Of a stretch of DNA of 64,000 nt, positions 9,231 to 18,793 are shown in pieces (positions within the stretch are counted from its first letter, which is position 1; the number at the start of each line of letters is the position of its first letter). Under the pieces are notes generated by a model. It ran no database searches and was not told where the DNA came from. It worked only from the letters and a program-made list of their open reading frames with translations. This stretch comes from Candidatus Hydrogenedentota bacterium (GTDB taxonomy: Bacteria > Hydrogenedentota > Hydrogenedentia > Hydrogenedentales > SLHB01): assembly GCA_029974275.1 (NCBI GenBank), contig JARKSN010000275.1, forward strand, positions 1 to 64,000. Direction: 5' to 3'. The position numbers were made by a program, and so were the translations under genes.

Positions 9231-11882
9231 ATGACAAAACACGATGTCAGACGGGCCTTGGACGGCCTGCATTGTCTTCCCGCATTGCCCAAGGTGGTGG
9301 AACAGGGCATCGCGCTTGCTTCGCGATCTCCGGCGCCGACGGATTCGGTGGCGCGGCTGGTCTCGCTTGATCCGGCTCTAACGGGGGCCGTGTTCCGTCT
9401 TGGGGCGCGTCCGGACGAGACGGCTCCGCGTCCGTGCGATATTGTGGAAACGGTGCAGCGTTGTCTCGACGAGGGATCGTTGTACGCTTTGCTTATGGAG
9501 ACCGCCCTCGCCTATCCCGAATCTCCTCAGCCGTTTCACCATGGATACTGGAAACACAGCGTTGCGACGGCTCTATTGGCGGAAGGCGTTGCGCGGCAAG
9601 TAACGGACGTGCCCGCCGCCCTGGCCTATGTAGCCGGATTGACGCATGACATCGGGCGTTTGGCGTTGAGCCAAATCGCTCCCAAACGATTCGCCGATTT
9701 TCTGGATTGGGCTCCGGCGGACCCGATGGGCGTTCTTGCGATCGAGCAGCAGTTGTTCGGCGTGGACCATGCGGTGGCGGGGAAGTGGCTGGCCGAGCTA
9801 TGGCGGCTGCCCCGTTCCGTGGTTGCGGCGATATGGTTTCATCATCATCCTGCCGGAAGTCTTGAAGGAACGCAGTATCCTACTCGGCTTATCGATCTTG
9901 TGGCGTTGGCCGACGCGGCGGCGCATTGCGACTTCGATGAGAATTCCTCGCCGCCGGAGCAGCATCAAGCCGCCCTTTCCGCCCTGATCGCTCGCTTGGG
10001 AATTTCGCGGGAGACCATGGAGGGGATCCGCCGGAATGCGGCCATGGAACTTGGCGCTCGCAGCACGTTGTTGTTTCCGGAAGATTCCGCGGGCCGTTCG
10101 CTGCAGCGTGTGGTCAGTTCGGCCCTTCGCGCGAACATGCGACCTCATACCCAGGCGGCGGAGCTCCGTCGAACGACGGCCCAACTGCGGGTGTTGCATG
10201 AGCTGGAACAGAGGCTGCTTCCCGGACTGTCGCTCACCGAAATCGTTTCGCATTGCGCCGAGGCCTTGCGCCAAGGCCTTGAAGTCGAAAGCGGCGCGTG
10301 CATTGTGGCTGATCCCAGCGGCGCGTTCGTGTACGGAAAATCGTGGGATGCCGTTTTCCCGTTGCCGGAGGATGTGTTCGTCCATTTAGAAACGGGCGAA
10401 TCCTCCGGTATCGAGGCCATGGGGCGTCGCTGCCAGACCGCGCTAAGCGGGTTGCTCGTCGGCGAGGGGCCGATTGCGTGGGAAGGGGGGCGGATTGTTG
10501 CGTTGGAGGAGCGCGGCGGTGTGTTGCTGGCGCCCATTATGGCGGGACGCTGGCATATCGGGATGATTCTGCTGGATGCCGGACAGGCGGCTTGTCGCGT
10601 CGAGCCCGCCGCCATCGACGCCTATGCGAAGGCCTGCGCCACGGCCGTGCTGCGTCATCGCGCCGAGGAGCGTCTGCGCGAGCAGTCCGAAGAACTCGCC
10701 GCAACGCTGCTGGAACAAGGAAAAGGAAGCTCGGGGGCCGCGTCCGCCGCGGTGAAAACATCGCTCGACGAATGGACCGTTGCGGCGGCGCACGCGTTCG
10801 ATGGGCCGGTGAATGCCTTGGCCAGTCACGCGCACCTGTTGATGGGGCGTCTTGTCGATCCTGCAGACCTGCGCACGTTCAAGGCATTATTGCAGCAGAT
10901 ACGCCGGACCCGCGAGATTGTGTCCGATTTGCTTGCCTACGCGACGCCGCCGGAGCCGAAGCTCGAGCCCAGTCTTCTCAATTTTTCCCTGCGCCAGTTC
11001 GTGGCGGCGCGTCAGGAATCCCTTTCTCTGCAAGGGATTGCCGTGGTCGAGGAATATGCGGATGGCTTGCCGCGCGTCATGATAGATCGCCGGCATTTCG
11101 AGCAGACGATCGATCGCCTCTTCGCGAATGCGGAGGACGCCATGGCGAAAACAGGCGGCCGTATCACGGTGACTACCGGCGTCTCTCCCGATCGATCTTG
11201 CGTCACGGTTCGCATTGCCGACACCGGATCGGGGATTACGTCCGAACACGCAGAGAAGGCATTCGTTCCGTTTTTCACGACGCATCCTCCCGGAGAGCGA
11301 AGCGGCCTTGGTTTAAGCGTATGCCAGGGATTGCTGCGGGGGATGGGCGCGACGATCGCCTTGCATGGAGAGCCCGGGGCTGGCGCCGTCGCGTTGCTGA
11401 CCTTTACATCCGTTTTTCACGAGACCGAATCGCCGGATAGGCCGGTCGAGATTCCCTCCGCGAACGGCGGCGCGCCCATTATCGAGCCGATTCATCGCCC
11501 CAAAGATCCGCCGACGATTCTAGTGGTGGATGACGATGACGACCTGCGCGCCGTCATTTGCGAGACCCTTCGAGGGCGCGGTTACGCGGTTCAGTCGGCG
11601 GCGGATGGATACGAGGCTCTTGGCGCAGTCGCTTCGGCGCGAGTCGATCTCATGCTGCTTGATGTGCACATGCCGCGAAAAGACGGGCTCGCTGTGTTGA
11701 GCGAACTCAACGCGCGGGGCTTGCACGTCCCCGCAATTGTCATGAGCGGATTTTTAGGCGATGAGGAGGCGGCCGAAGCTATCCGCATGGGAGCGCGCAG
11801 TTGCCTGCGAAAGCCTTTCCGCTTGGAAGTGCTTCTCTCGGAGATTGAGGATGCCCTCCCCCTGAGTCCGGCCGTCCGGTGA
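9231..11882 (+). CDS. HDOD domain / histidine kinase-like / receiver hybrid signalling protein
   Basis: HDOD 'LPALP...DPALT...WKHS...GLTHDIG...HAVAGKWLAELWRLP...HHHP'; HATPase 'DTGSGI, FFTT, GLGL'; REC 'VVDDD...LLDVHMP...KPF'. Confidence 0.85.
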   Translation: MTKHDVRRALDGLHCLPALPKVVEQGIALASRSPAPTDSVARLVSLDPALTGAVFRLGARPDETAPRPCDIVETVQRCLDEGSLYALLMETALAYPESPQPFHHGYWKHSVATALLAEGVARQVTDVPAALAYVAGLTHDIGRLALSQIAPKRFADFLDWAPADPMGVLAIEQQLFGVDHAVAGKWLAELWRLPRSVVAAIWFHHHPAGSLEGTQYPTRLIDLVALADAAAHCDFDENSSPPEQHQAALSALIARLGISRETMEGIRRNAAMELGARSTLLFPEDSAGRSLQRVVSSALRANMRPHTQAAELRRTTAQLRVLHELEQRLLPGLSLTEIVSHCAEALRQGLEVESGACIVADPSGAFVYGKSWDAVFPLPEDVFVHLETGESSGIEAMGRRCQTALSGLLVGEGPIAWEGGRIVALEERGGVLLAPIMAGRWHIGMILLDAGQAACRVEPAAIDAYAKACATAVLRHRAEERLREQSEELAATLLEQGKGSSGAASAAVKTSLDEWTVAAAHAFDGPVNALASHAHLLMGRLVDPADLRTFKALLQQIRRTREIVSDLLAYATPPEPKLEPSLLNFSLRQFVAARQESLSLQGIAVVEEYADGLPRVMIDRRHFEQTIDRLFANAEDAMAKTGGRITVTTGVSPDRSCVTVRIADTGSGITSEHAEKAFVPFFTTHPPGERSGLGLSVCQGLLRGMGATIALHGEPGAGAVALLTFTSVFHETESPDRPVEIPSANGGAPIIEPIHRPKDPPTILVVDDDDDLRAVICETLRGRGYAVQSAADGYEALGAVASARVDLMLLDVHMPRKDGLAVLSELNARGLHVPAIVMSGFLGDEEAAEAIRMGARSCLRKPFRLEVLLSEIEDALPLSPAVR

Positions 11883-11956
11883 TTCCGGCGCGATCCGATC
11901 TCCGGACATCGTCGGGAACACAAAGACGCTGTCCCTGCGTTTCCCCCTGCTTCAAG

Positions 11957-11985
11957 TTGAAGCCCTTACGTCCAGACCGTAGACT
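11957..11985 (+). promoter_or_regulatory. Putative sigma-70 promoter (TTGAAG-17-TAGACT), likely leaderless
   Basis: ATG at 11992 is 6 nt after the -10; no SD-like sequence between them. Confidence 0.55.
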
Positions 11986-11991
11986 CCCAGC

Positions 11992-14343
11992 ATGATGGGA
12001 GTCGTGACGAAGGAACAGCAGGCCGCCGGATCCCCCGCGACAAACCGCCGCCGCATGGCCGCGTGGGAGTGGTATGCGCTGGCGGGCATTTTGTGTTTGG
12101 GCGCGGCGCTTCGGGCAGCGTATCTGATCGAGTTCATCCAGGATCCTTCGTTTTCACTGCCCCGTCCCGATCCGGCGTTTCACGACGATTGGGCCCGAGC
12201 GCTTAGCGGACAGTATGACCCGGCGCATCCGGTTCCCTATGGGCCGGGTCAACCCGACAACCTGCCGTTTATTCGCCCTCCCGCGTACCCGTATTTTTTG
12301 GCCGCGCTGTATGCGTTGAATGGCGGCAGTTATCTCTGGACGTATGCCATGCAGATGACATTGGGCCTCTTCAGCGTCGCGCTGGGATTTTTTTTGGCGC
12401 GTGCTCTTATGGGGCGGGCCGTGGCCCTGACCTTTTCATTCCTTTTTGCCTCCTACTGGGTTTTTGTCTACTACGAGAGCCAACTGCACGCCATCGCGCT
12501 CACGCTTTTTTTGCAGTTGTTGTTTATGGGGGCGCTCTACCTGTGGGCCCGGCGGCCCACAGGGGCGCGAGCATTGGCGGCCGGCCTGATCATGGCGTTG
12601 CTGGCGCTTGCCAATTCGATTGTGCTCACATTCGTCCCTGTGGCCTTGGCGTGGTTGCTTTATGTGGCGCGGCGCAAAACATCGTGGTTCGCCGCGTTTG
12701 TCTCGCCGGTTGTGTTTGCCGCGGGACTCGCCTTGGGCATTGCGCCCGTCACGTTTCATAACCACCGTGTCACCGGCGCCTGGACGGCCGTCACTCCCGG
12801 CGGCGGACTCGTGCTCTATATGGGCAACAATCCCGATGCAACGGGGTCCTATGCCATGCCCGACAAGGTCCGCGCGTCACGCTCCCTCTACGACTTCATG
12901 GACGTCATGCATGCTTCGTTCACCGAACAGACCCTGGGGGCCATGTCCATGGCCGAGGCAGACCGATACTATGGTCGCAAGGCGCTCGCGTACATGCTGA
13001 GCCATCCCGGGAAAACGCTGACGCGCATGGCGGTGAAGGCGGCTCTGTTTGCCAGTCCTTTCGAATTCATGCACAACTACACCGTGGTCGAGTACGATCG
13101 CGCGTTTTCGCGCGTGCTCGGGCGGCTCCCCGGCAATTTTGCGTACGCGTTGACGGGTTTTCTCATCGGCGGCGCGGCATGGGCTGCATCCTGGTTTCGG
13201 CGTAGAGAGAAGACCGCCGCGCAGCAAGAAGACGTCTTTCCGGCTCAAGCCGTTGTCGTTGCCATGGCATGCTTCGTGTTCTGCGGATTCCTCTCGTATC
13301 TGCCTTTCTTTGTCGTGTCACAGTTCAGGGTCCCGCTGATACCGTTCATGCTGCTATTCGGCGCATACGGCCTCGTTGCGTTTGCCGGCTTCCTGACAGA
13401 ACGGCAGTGGAAAAGGGCCGCCGTCATGGCGGCGGGGGGCGCGATTCTCTATGCGACGTGCTCGATGCCGCTGGCGCCCTTCGATTCCAAGGAAAACCTC
13501 TTCGTGTGGCATTTCCAACGCGCTCTTGATTACGCCCGTCTTGGCGAGGGCGCCGTTGCAGAACGCGAGTTCGCTTTGGCGGCGGACGCCCAGCCCGAAG
13601 TTTTCAGGATGTACGCGGAACGCGCCGTCACGCTGACGCAATCCCGCGATTTCGATGCGGCATGGGACGAGAGCAACCGCGCGGTGAGTCTTTACCGATC
13701 CGTTTCCGCGCTCGATCCCCTTGGCGCGTGCCTGGCCATAGCCCTTGCCGCCGTCCAAATGGACCGGTACGACGATGCGTTCGCGATCTGCGAGGAAACC
13801 TATCGAAAGAACCCTGACTTGGCGACGGCGTTCTACGAGGTGGCCGTGGAATTGTCAGGAGAGACCGTGGATGCCTACGCCCGCACCTACCCCGGCGACG
13901 CGCCGCCAACGATCGCGTCTTCAAAGCTGGGGCAAATGGCCCTTGCGGTTCGTTGCCTGGAACGGTATGCGACCGTGCGCCCAGACGACGCGAACGGTCA
14001 ATGGCGTCTGGTCCAGACCCTGCTTGCGGCCGGAAGCCCTGCCGAAGTGTTGAAACGGTGCGTGGCGCTTGTCGAGAAAGGGCCCGATTTCACGCCGATC
14101 CGCGTAGGTTTGGCGGCGGCGCTTCGTCTGTGTGGACAGGACGATCAGGCCTTGGCGCACCTGCAACAGGCTGTTCGGGATATGCCCACCTACGCGGAGG
14201 CCCAAGCCCAATTGGGCTACACCCTGCTTGTGCTCGATCGCAAGACCGAGGCCGCCGCCGCGCTCGAGATCGCCCTGCGGCTCGACCCGGCGCATCCCTG
14301 GGCCGCCAAGGCCCTTTCCGTGGCGGAAGCCGCGCATTCCTAA
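11992..14343 (+). CDS. GT-C (ArnT/PMT_2-like) membrane glycosyltransferase with C-terminal TPRs
   Basis: 'PDPAFHDDWA', 'RPPAYPYFLA', 'LYMGNNPDATG', 'FRVPLIP'; multi-TM N-terminus and TPR-like C-terminus. Confidence 0.7.
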   Translation: MMGVVTKEQQAAGSPATNRRRMAAWEWYALAGILCLGAALRAAYLIEFIQDPSFSLPRPDPAFHDDWARALSGQYDPAHPVPYGPGQPDNLPFIRPPAYPYFLAALYALNGGSYLWTYAMQMTLGLFSVALGFFLARALMGRAVALTFSFLFASYWVFVYYESQLHAIALTLFLQLLFMGALYLWARRPTGARALAAGLIMALLALANSIVLTFVPVALAWLLYVARRKTSWFAAFVSPVVFAAGLALGIAPVTFHNHRVTGAWTAVTPGGGLVLYMGNNPDATGSYAMPDKVRASRSLYDFMDVMHASFTEQTLGAMSMAEADRYYGRKALAYMLSHPGKTLTRMAVKAALFASPFEFMHNYTVVEYDRAFSRVLGRLPGNFAYALTGFLIGGAAWAASWFRRREKTAAQQEDVFPAQAVVVAMACFVFCGFLSYLPFFVVSQFRVPLIPFMLLFGAYGLVAFAGFLTERQWKRAAVMAAGGAILYATCSMPLAPFDSKENLFVWHFQRALDYARLGEGAVAEREFALAADAQPEVFRMYAERAVTLTQSRDFDAAWDESNRAVSLYRSVSALDPLGACLAIALAAVQMDRYDDAFAICEETYRKNPDLATAFYEVAVELSGETVDAYARTYPGDAPPTIASSKLGQMALAVRCLERYATVRPDDANGQWRLVQTLLAAGSPAEVLKRCVALVEKGPDFTPIRVGLAAALRLCGQDDQALAHLQQAVRDMPTYAEAQAQLGYTLLVLDRKTEAAAALEIALRLDPAHPWAAKALSVAEAAHS

Positions 14344-14355
14344 GTCATCGCGGTT

Positions 14356-14384
14356 TTGCGATGTATCCGCCTGTATGGTACGCT
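14356..14384 (+). promoter_or_regulatory. Putative promoter for lysA (TTGCGA-17-TACGCT, extended -10)
   Basis: Hexamers with TG upstream of the -10; RBS GAGGAG before ATG 14450. Confidence 0.45.
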
Positions 14385-14449
14385 TTCTCCCCGTCCAACC
14401 AAGGAAAATGGACGTATCGCGACTTCAGGTAGAGAGGAGACGGACCGGC

Positions 14450-15685
14450 ATGAGTCATTTCGCGTATCGCGACGGCATTTGGCATTGTGAAGATGTTCCT
14501 GTTCCGCGCATTGCGGAGGAAGCGGGGACGCCGTTTTATGTCTACAGCAAGAACGCGCTGCTTGAAAATTACAAGGCGATGGACGCTGCGTTCGGCGATA
14601 TGCCGCACACCATTTGCTACGCCCTGAAGGCGAACAGCAACCTCAGCGTGAACCGCGTGTTGTCGGGCGCGGGTTGCGGCGCGGAGGTTGTGTCGGGCGG
14701 CGAGTTGTTCCGCGCCCTGAAGGCCGGGTATTCGCCCGATAAAATTGTCTTCGACGGCAACGCGAAGACTGTCGCGGAGATGCGGCAGGCGTTGGAAGCG
14801 GGCATCTGCGCGATCAACGTTGACTCGGAAAACGAGCTACGCGTGCTCGAACAGACGGCGAAGCAGATGGGCTTGCGTGCGCGCATCGGCCTGCGCGTGA
14901 ACCCCGACGTGAACCCCGAGACGCATCCGAAAATCGCGACGGGTCTCAAGACGACCAAGTTCGGCGTGGACCTGACGAAGGCGATTGCGTGTTACGAGCA
15001 TGCGAGCAAGTCCTCGCATTTGCAGGTCGTTGGCATTCAGACGCACATCGGCTCGCAGATACTGAAGGTTGACCCGTTTGCGGAGGCGTTCGGCAAGCTC
15101 GTCGATATCGCGCTTTCGTTGCGCGAGAAAGGCATCGGGATTGAATTCATCGATATCGGCGGCGGTCTGGGCATCCAATACAACGAGGAAGCCCCGCCGA
15201 CCTACGAGGCCTACATGGCCGCGCTGCGTCCCCATTGGGAGCGCTGCCCGGTGCGTATCATCACGGAGCCGGGCCGGCGCATGGTCGGCAACGTCGGCAA
15301 CCTCGTCACGCGTGTGCTCTACGTCAAGGAGTCGCCCGTCAAGCGTTTCGTCGTGGTCGACGGCGCGATGAATGACCTGTGGCGGCCAAGCATGTACGAC
15401 GCGTATCACGGCGTCGTGGCGGTGCGGGAGACGCGCGAGCGGTTCACGGCGGATGTCGTGGGCGGTATCTGCGAGTCGGGCGACTATTTCGCGCGCGACC
15501 GCGACATGGGCGTTGTGCAACCCGGCGAGTTTATTGCGATTCAGAGCGGCGGCGCGTATTCGTCGAGCATGAGTTCCGAATACAACTCGCGTCCGTTGGT
15601 TCCAGAGGTTCTCGTCGACGGCGATCAATTTTCCGTGGTTCGGCGGCGGCCGTCATACGAGGAGATGCTCCGATTGGAGATGTAA
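14450..15685 (+). CDS. lysA: Diaminopimelate decarboxylase
   Basis: PLP lysine 'YALKAN', 'HIGSQ', 'DIGGG', 'EPGR', 'CESGD', 'YNSRP'. Confidence 0.95.
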   Translation: MSHFAYRDGIWHCEDVPVPRIAEEAGTPFYVYSKNALLENYKAMDAAFGDMPHTICYALKANSNLSVNRVLSGAGCGAEVVSGGELFRALKAGYSPDKIVFDGNAKTVAEMRQALEAGICAINVDSENELRVLEQTAKQMGLRARIGLRVNPDVNPETHPKIATGLKTTKFGVDLTKAIACYEHASKSSHLQVVGIQTHIGSQILKVDPFAEAFGKLVDIALSLREKGIGIEFIDIGGGLGIQYNEEAPPTYEAYMAALRPHWERCPVRIITEPGRRMVGNVGNLVTRVLYVKESPVKRFVVVDGAMNDLWRPSMYDAYHGVVAVRETRERFTADVVGGICESGDYFARDRDMGVVQPGEFIAIQSGGAYSSSMSSEYNSRPLVPEVLVDGDQFSVVRRRPSYEEMLRLEM

Positions 15686-15711
15686 GCGCGTATCGACGCC
15701 AAGCGGAGCCC

Positions 15712-15740
15712 TTGACATGCAATTGGATCACGGCCACAAT
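15712..15740 (+). promoter_or_regulatory. Putative sigma-70 promoter (TTGACA-17-CACAAT), likely leaderless
   Basis: Consensus -35; ATG at 15748 lies 7 nt after the -10; no SD. Confidence 0.6.
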
Positions 15741-15747
15741 CAGCGCC

Positions 15748-16251
15748 ATGTTGGATGAACACGCCCGGTATATGCGGTATGCGATTCGTGAAGCGGAGCG
15801 GGCTTTCGATGTAGGCGAAGTGCCCATCGGATGCGTGATCGTTCACGAGGGGCGTCTTATTGGCAAGGCGCACAATCAACGTGAAATGCTTCAAGACCCT
15901 ACGGCCCACGCAGAGGTGCTGGCCATTACGCAGGCGGCGAATGCGCTGGGCAGTTGGCGTCTCGAGAACACGGCCCTGTACGTGACGCTGGAGCCGTGTC
16001 CCATGTGCGCCGGAGCCATCCTTCTTGCGCGGATTCCCTGTGTGTACTTCGGGGCATATGATCCCAAGGCGGGAGTATGCGGGACCTTTATGAACCTGCT
16101 GGAGGACAAGCGGTTCAACCATCAGGCCGAATGCACGCCGGGGCTGCTCGCGGAGGAATGCGGGGCTTTGTTGTCGGAGTTTTTCCGGAACATCCGATCG
16201 CAGGGTCCCCGGCGCGCAAAGCTGAACGGAAATGGCCCGGTTTCCTGCTGA
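15748..16251 (+). CDS. tadA: tRNA-specific adenosine deaminase
   Basis: 'GEVPIG', 'DPTAHAE', 'TLEPCPMCAGA', 'DPKAG'. Confidence 0.92.
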   Translation: MLDEHARYMRYAIREAERAFDVGEVPIGCVIVHEGRLIGKAHNQREMLQDPTAHAEVLAITQAANALGSWRLENTALYVTLEPCPMCAGAILLARIPCVYFGAYDPKAGVCGTFMNLLEDKRFNHQAECTPGLLAEECGALLSEFFRNIRSQGPRRAKLNGNGPVSC

Positions 16252-16261
16252 AGCGTCCGCC

Positions 16262-16270
16262 TGCTATAAT
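16262..16270 (+). promoter_or_regulatory. Extended -10 promoter (TGcTATAAT)
   Basis: Consensus TATAAT with TG, upstream of the sugar dehydrogenase pair. Confidence 0.5.
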
Positions 16271-16348
16271 TCGTGTTCGAAGGTAGACCGAGACGGCCGC
16301 CTGCAGACCAAGCGAAAGTCTTTTGACCTACATGGAGAGGAGCGTACC

Positions 16349-17959
16349 GTGGCCAATTTGGATCAATATCGCAAAGCGACCGGGCCGTTGCCGAGCCAAT
16401 ATGAGGCGTGGCAGATATTCGGCGCGGGGTTCGACAACGTCGGCAAAAGCGGTAAGCCCGTCGTTCTGCCGCTGCGCGAACCCAAGAGCAATGAAGTGTT
16501 GCTGCGCGTCGATGCGGTGGGTTTGTGCCAATCGGATATCAAAATCATTAAGCAAGGCAACGCCCATGCGCGTTTGCGGGGACGCAACCTTGCCGTGGAT
16601 CCAACCGTGCTCGGTCACGAGTGCTCGGTCACCGTCGTGAAGGTTGGCAAGCAGTGGGCGAATGCGTTCAAGCCGGGCGACCGCTTCATCGTTCAGGCGG
16701 ACATCTATTACAAGGGCGAGAATTTCGCGTTTGGTTATCTCATTCCCGGAGGGCTTGCCGAGTACGCCTATCTCGATGAACGCGCGCTCGCCGGCGATGA
16801 AGGCTGTTACCTGCTGCCGGTGCAACCCGACACCGGATACAGCGCCGCGGCCTTGTCCGAGCCGTGGGCGTGCGTCGAAATGTCGTATTCGCTCGAAGAA
16901 CGTCTTGAGCCGGGCAACAATCAAATGCTGATCGTTACGGACGAGCCTAGCGCGTGGGACGAGGCCAACCCCGACGCGATTCTGGCGCCGCGCAGCCTCG
17001 ATGGCCTTGGGGACGCCAAATACGATGATATCATCGTGCCTGCCCCGACTCCCGCGATGGTTGCGGAGCTGGCGCGTCATTTGCGCAAGAATGGCGTGAT
17101 GTTCCTGCTGGGCAAACCGGCGGAGAGCGGCCCGGTGTTGCTGGATATTGGCCGCATTCATTATGAAGGCATCCGTATTTATGGCGGCGGCGACGACATG
17201 GACGCCATTCGAGCGGCGAATGTGCGGCACGATTTGAAACCGCGCGGCTCCGCTTTATTCTTGGGCGCGGGCGGGCCGATGGGCCAGATGCACGTCCAGC
17301 GTGCGTGCGAGTTGCCGAACGGTCCGTCGCGCGTCGTGGTGACCGACCTTGACCGTGCACGGCTCGATCATATCGCGGGTCGTTTTGGCGACATAGCGCG
17401 CGCCAATGGCGTCGAACTGTTGACGTTCGCGCCGAGCCAATTCAATGCGCAGGCGGAGATGGACGCGCACCTGCGTTCCCTGGCTCCGGATGGCTACGAC
17501 GACGTGGTTGTGATGGTCGCCGTGGCCGGACTCGTGCCTGGCGCGGTCTCGTTGGCGGCCGACGGGGGACTGGTCAACATCTTTGCAGGCGTGGGCATTG
17601 GAAGCGGCGCCGGCATCGAACTCGACGATCTGTGCCGGGGCGTCAAGATGTTCGGATCCAGCGGATCGCGCATCAGCGATCTCGCCAAGGTTCTTCGCCT
17701 CGTCGAGGAGAAAAAACTGAACACCAACCTCAGCGTCGCGGCGATTGGCGGATTGGCCTGCGTGCGCGAGGGGCTCGAGGGCGTGGAGAAGGCCACGTAT
17801 CCGGGCAAGGTTGTCATCTATACGCAGATTCCCGACCTGCCGCTCATTCCTGTTGATCAGGCGCCGCAACGATTGCCGGACATTGCGGAGACGCTTGGCC
17901 CAGGACGGACGTGGACGCAGGAGGCCGAGAACGCGTTGCTGGAGAAGTACGCGAAATGA
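16349..17959 (+). CDS. Zn-dependent MDR dehydrogenase, L-sorbose-1-phosphate reductase (SorE)-like
   Basis: 'GLCQSD', 'LGHE', 'GGLAEY', 'LSEPWACV', 'GAGGPMG', 'GKVVIY'; GTG start with GAGGAG RBS; coupled to srlD. Confidence 0.75.
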   Translation: MANLDQYRKATGPLPSQYEAWQIFGAGFDNVGKSGKPVVLPLREPKSNEVLLRVDAVGLCQSDIKIIKQGNAHARLRGRNLAVDPTVLGHECSVTVVKVGKQWANAFKPGDRFIVQADIYYKGENFAFGYLIPGGLAEYAYLDERALAGDEGCYLLPVQPDTGYSAAALSEPWACVEMSYSLEERLEPGNNQMLIVTDEPSAWDEANPDAILAPRSLDGLGDAKYDDIIVPAPTPAMVAELARHLRKNGVMFLLGKPAESGPVLLDIGRIHYEGIRIYGGGDDMDAIRAANVRHDLKPRGSALFLGAGGPMGQMHVQRACELPNGPSRVVVTDLDRARLDHIAGRFGDIARANGVELLTFAPSQFNAQAEMDAHLRSLAPDGYDDVVVMVAVAGLVPGAVSLAADGGLVNIFAGVGIGSGAGIELDDLCRGVKMFGSSGSRISDLAKVLRLVEEKKLNTNLSVAAIGGLACVREGLEGVEKATYPGKVVIYTQIPDLPLIPVDQAPQRLPDIAETLGPGRTWTQEAENALLEKYAK

Positions 17960-18747
17960 AACGCCTGGAGGGGAAGAAAGCGGTCGTGACGGGCGCTGCA
18001 CAGGGGTTGGGCGCGGCGATTGTCGAGCGTCTTGCGCAAGAGGGATGCGACGTCGTCGCGTGGGACATGAACGCCGACGGCATCGCGCAGACCGCGAAGG
18101 ATGTCGCCCAAGCGACCGGCCGCAGCGTGACCGGCGCCGCGGTGGACGTGACCGACGCGGAAGACGTGCGCGCGCACATGGAGACGGCGGCGAGGATGTT
18201 GGGCGGCTTGGACGTACTGGTTTCCAATGCGGGCATTTTGGTCTCCGGCGATTCGCTGGAATTTGACGTTGCGAAGTGGCGCAAGGTCATAGATGTCAAT
18301 TTGACGGGCTATTTCATTTGCGCTCGCGAAGCCGCGCGAAAAATGCTCGATGTCGGCGCGAGAGGATCGATCATCCAGATCAACTCAAAATCCGGCAAGA
18401 AAGGCAGTTTTAGAAACAGCGCCTATGCGGCTTCGAAGTTCGGCGGCATCGGCGTGACGCAAAGCCTGGCGCTCGAGTTCGCCGAGGCGGGCATCCGCGT
18501 CAATTCCATCTGCCCCGGCAATTTGCTCGACAGCCCGCTGTGGGTGAACAGTTTGTTCAAGCAGTACGCCGCCAACCAGGGAATCACGGAAGCGGAAGTG
18601 CGCCAAAAGTATATCGATCAGGTTCCCATGAAGCGCCCGTGCCAATACCGCGACGTCACCAACCTTGTCGTTTTCATGGCTTCGGATGACAGCGACTACA
18701 TGACGGGTCAAGCGCTGAACGTGACGGGCGGGCAGGAGATGCGGTAA
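17956..18747 (+). CDS. srlD: Sorbitol-6-phosphate 2-dehydrogenase (SDR)
   Basis: 'TGAAQGLG', 'INSKSGKKGS', 'YAASKFGG', 'GNLLDSP', 'TGQALNVTGGQ'. Confidence 0.85.
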   Translation: MKRLEGKKAVVTGAAQGLGAAIVERLAQEGCDVVAWDMNADGIAQTAKDVAQATGRSVTGAAVDVTDAEDVRAHMETAARMLGGLDVLVSNAGILVSGDSLEFDVAKWRKVIDVNLTGYFICAREAARKMLDVGARGSIIQINSKSGKKGSFRNSAYAASKFGGIGVTQSLALEFAEAGIRVNSICPGNLLDSPLWVNSLFKQYAANQGITEAEVRQKYIDQVPMKRPCQYRDVTNLVVFMASDDSDYMTGQALNVTGGQEMR

Positions 18748-18793
18748 GCGTAGACGGCGCCGGATCATGTTTCTCCAAAAGTAGAGGGCCGTC

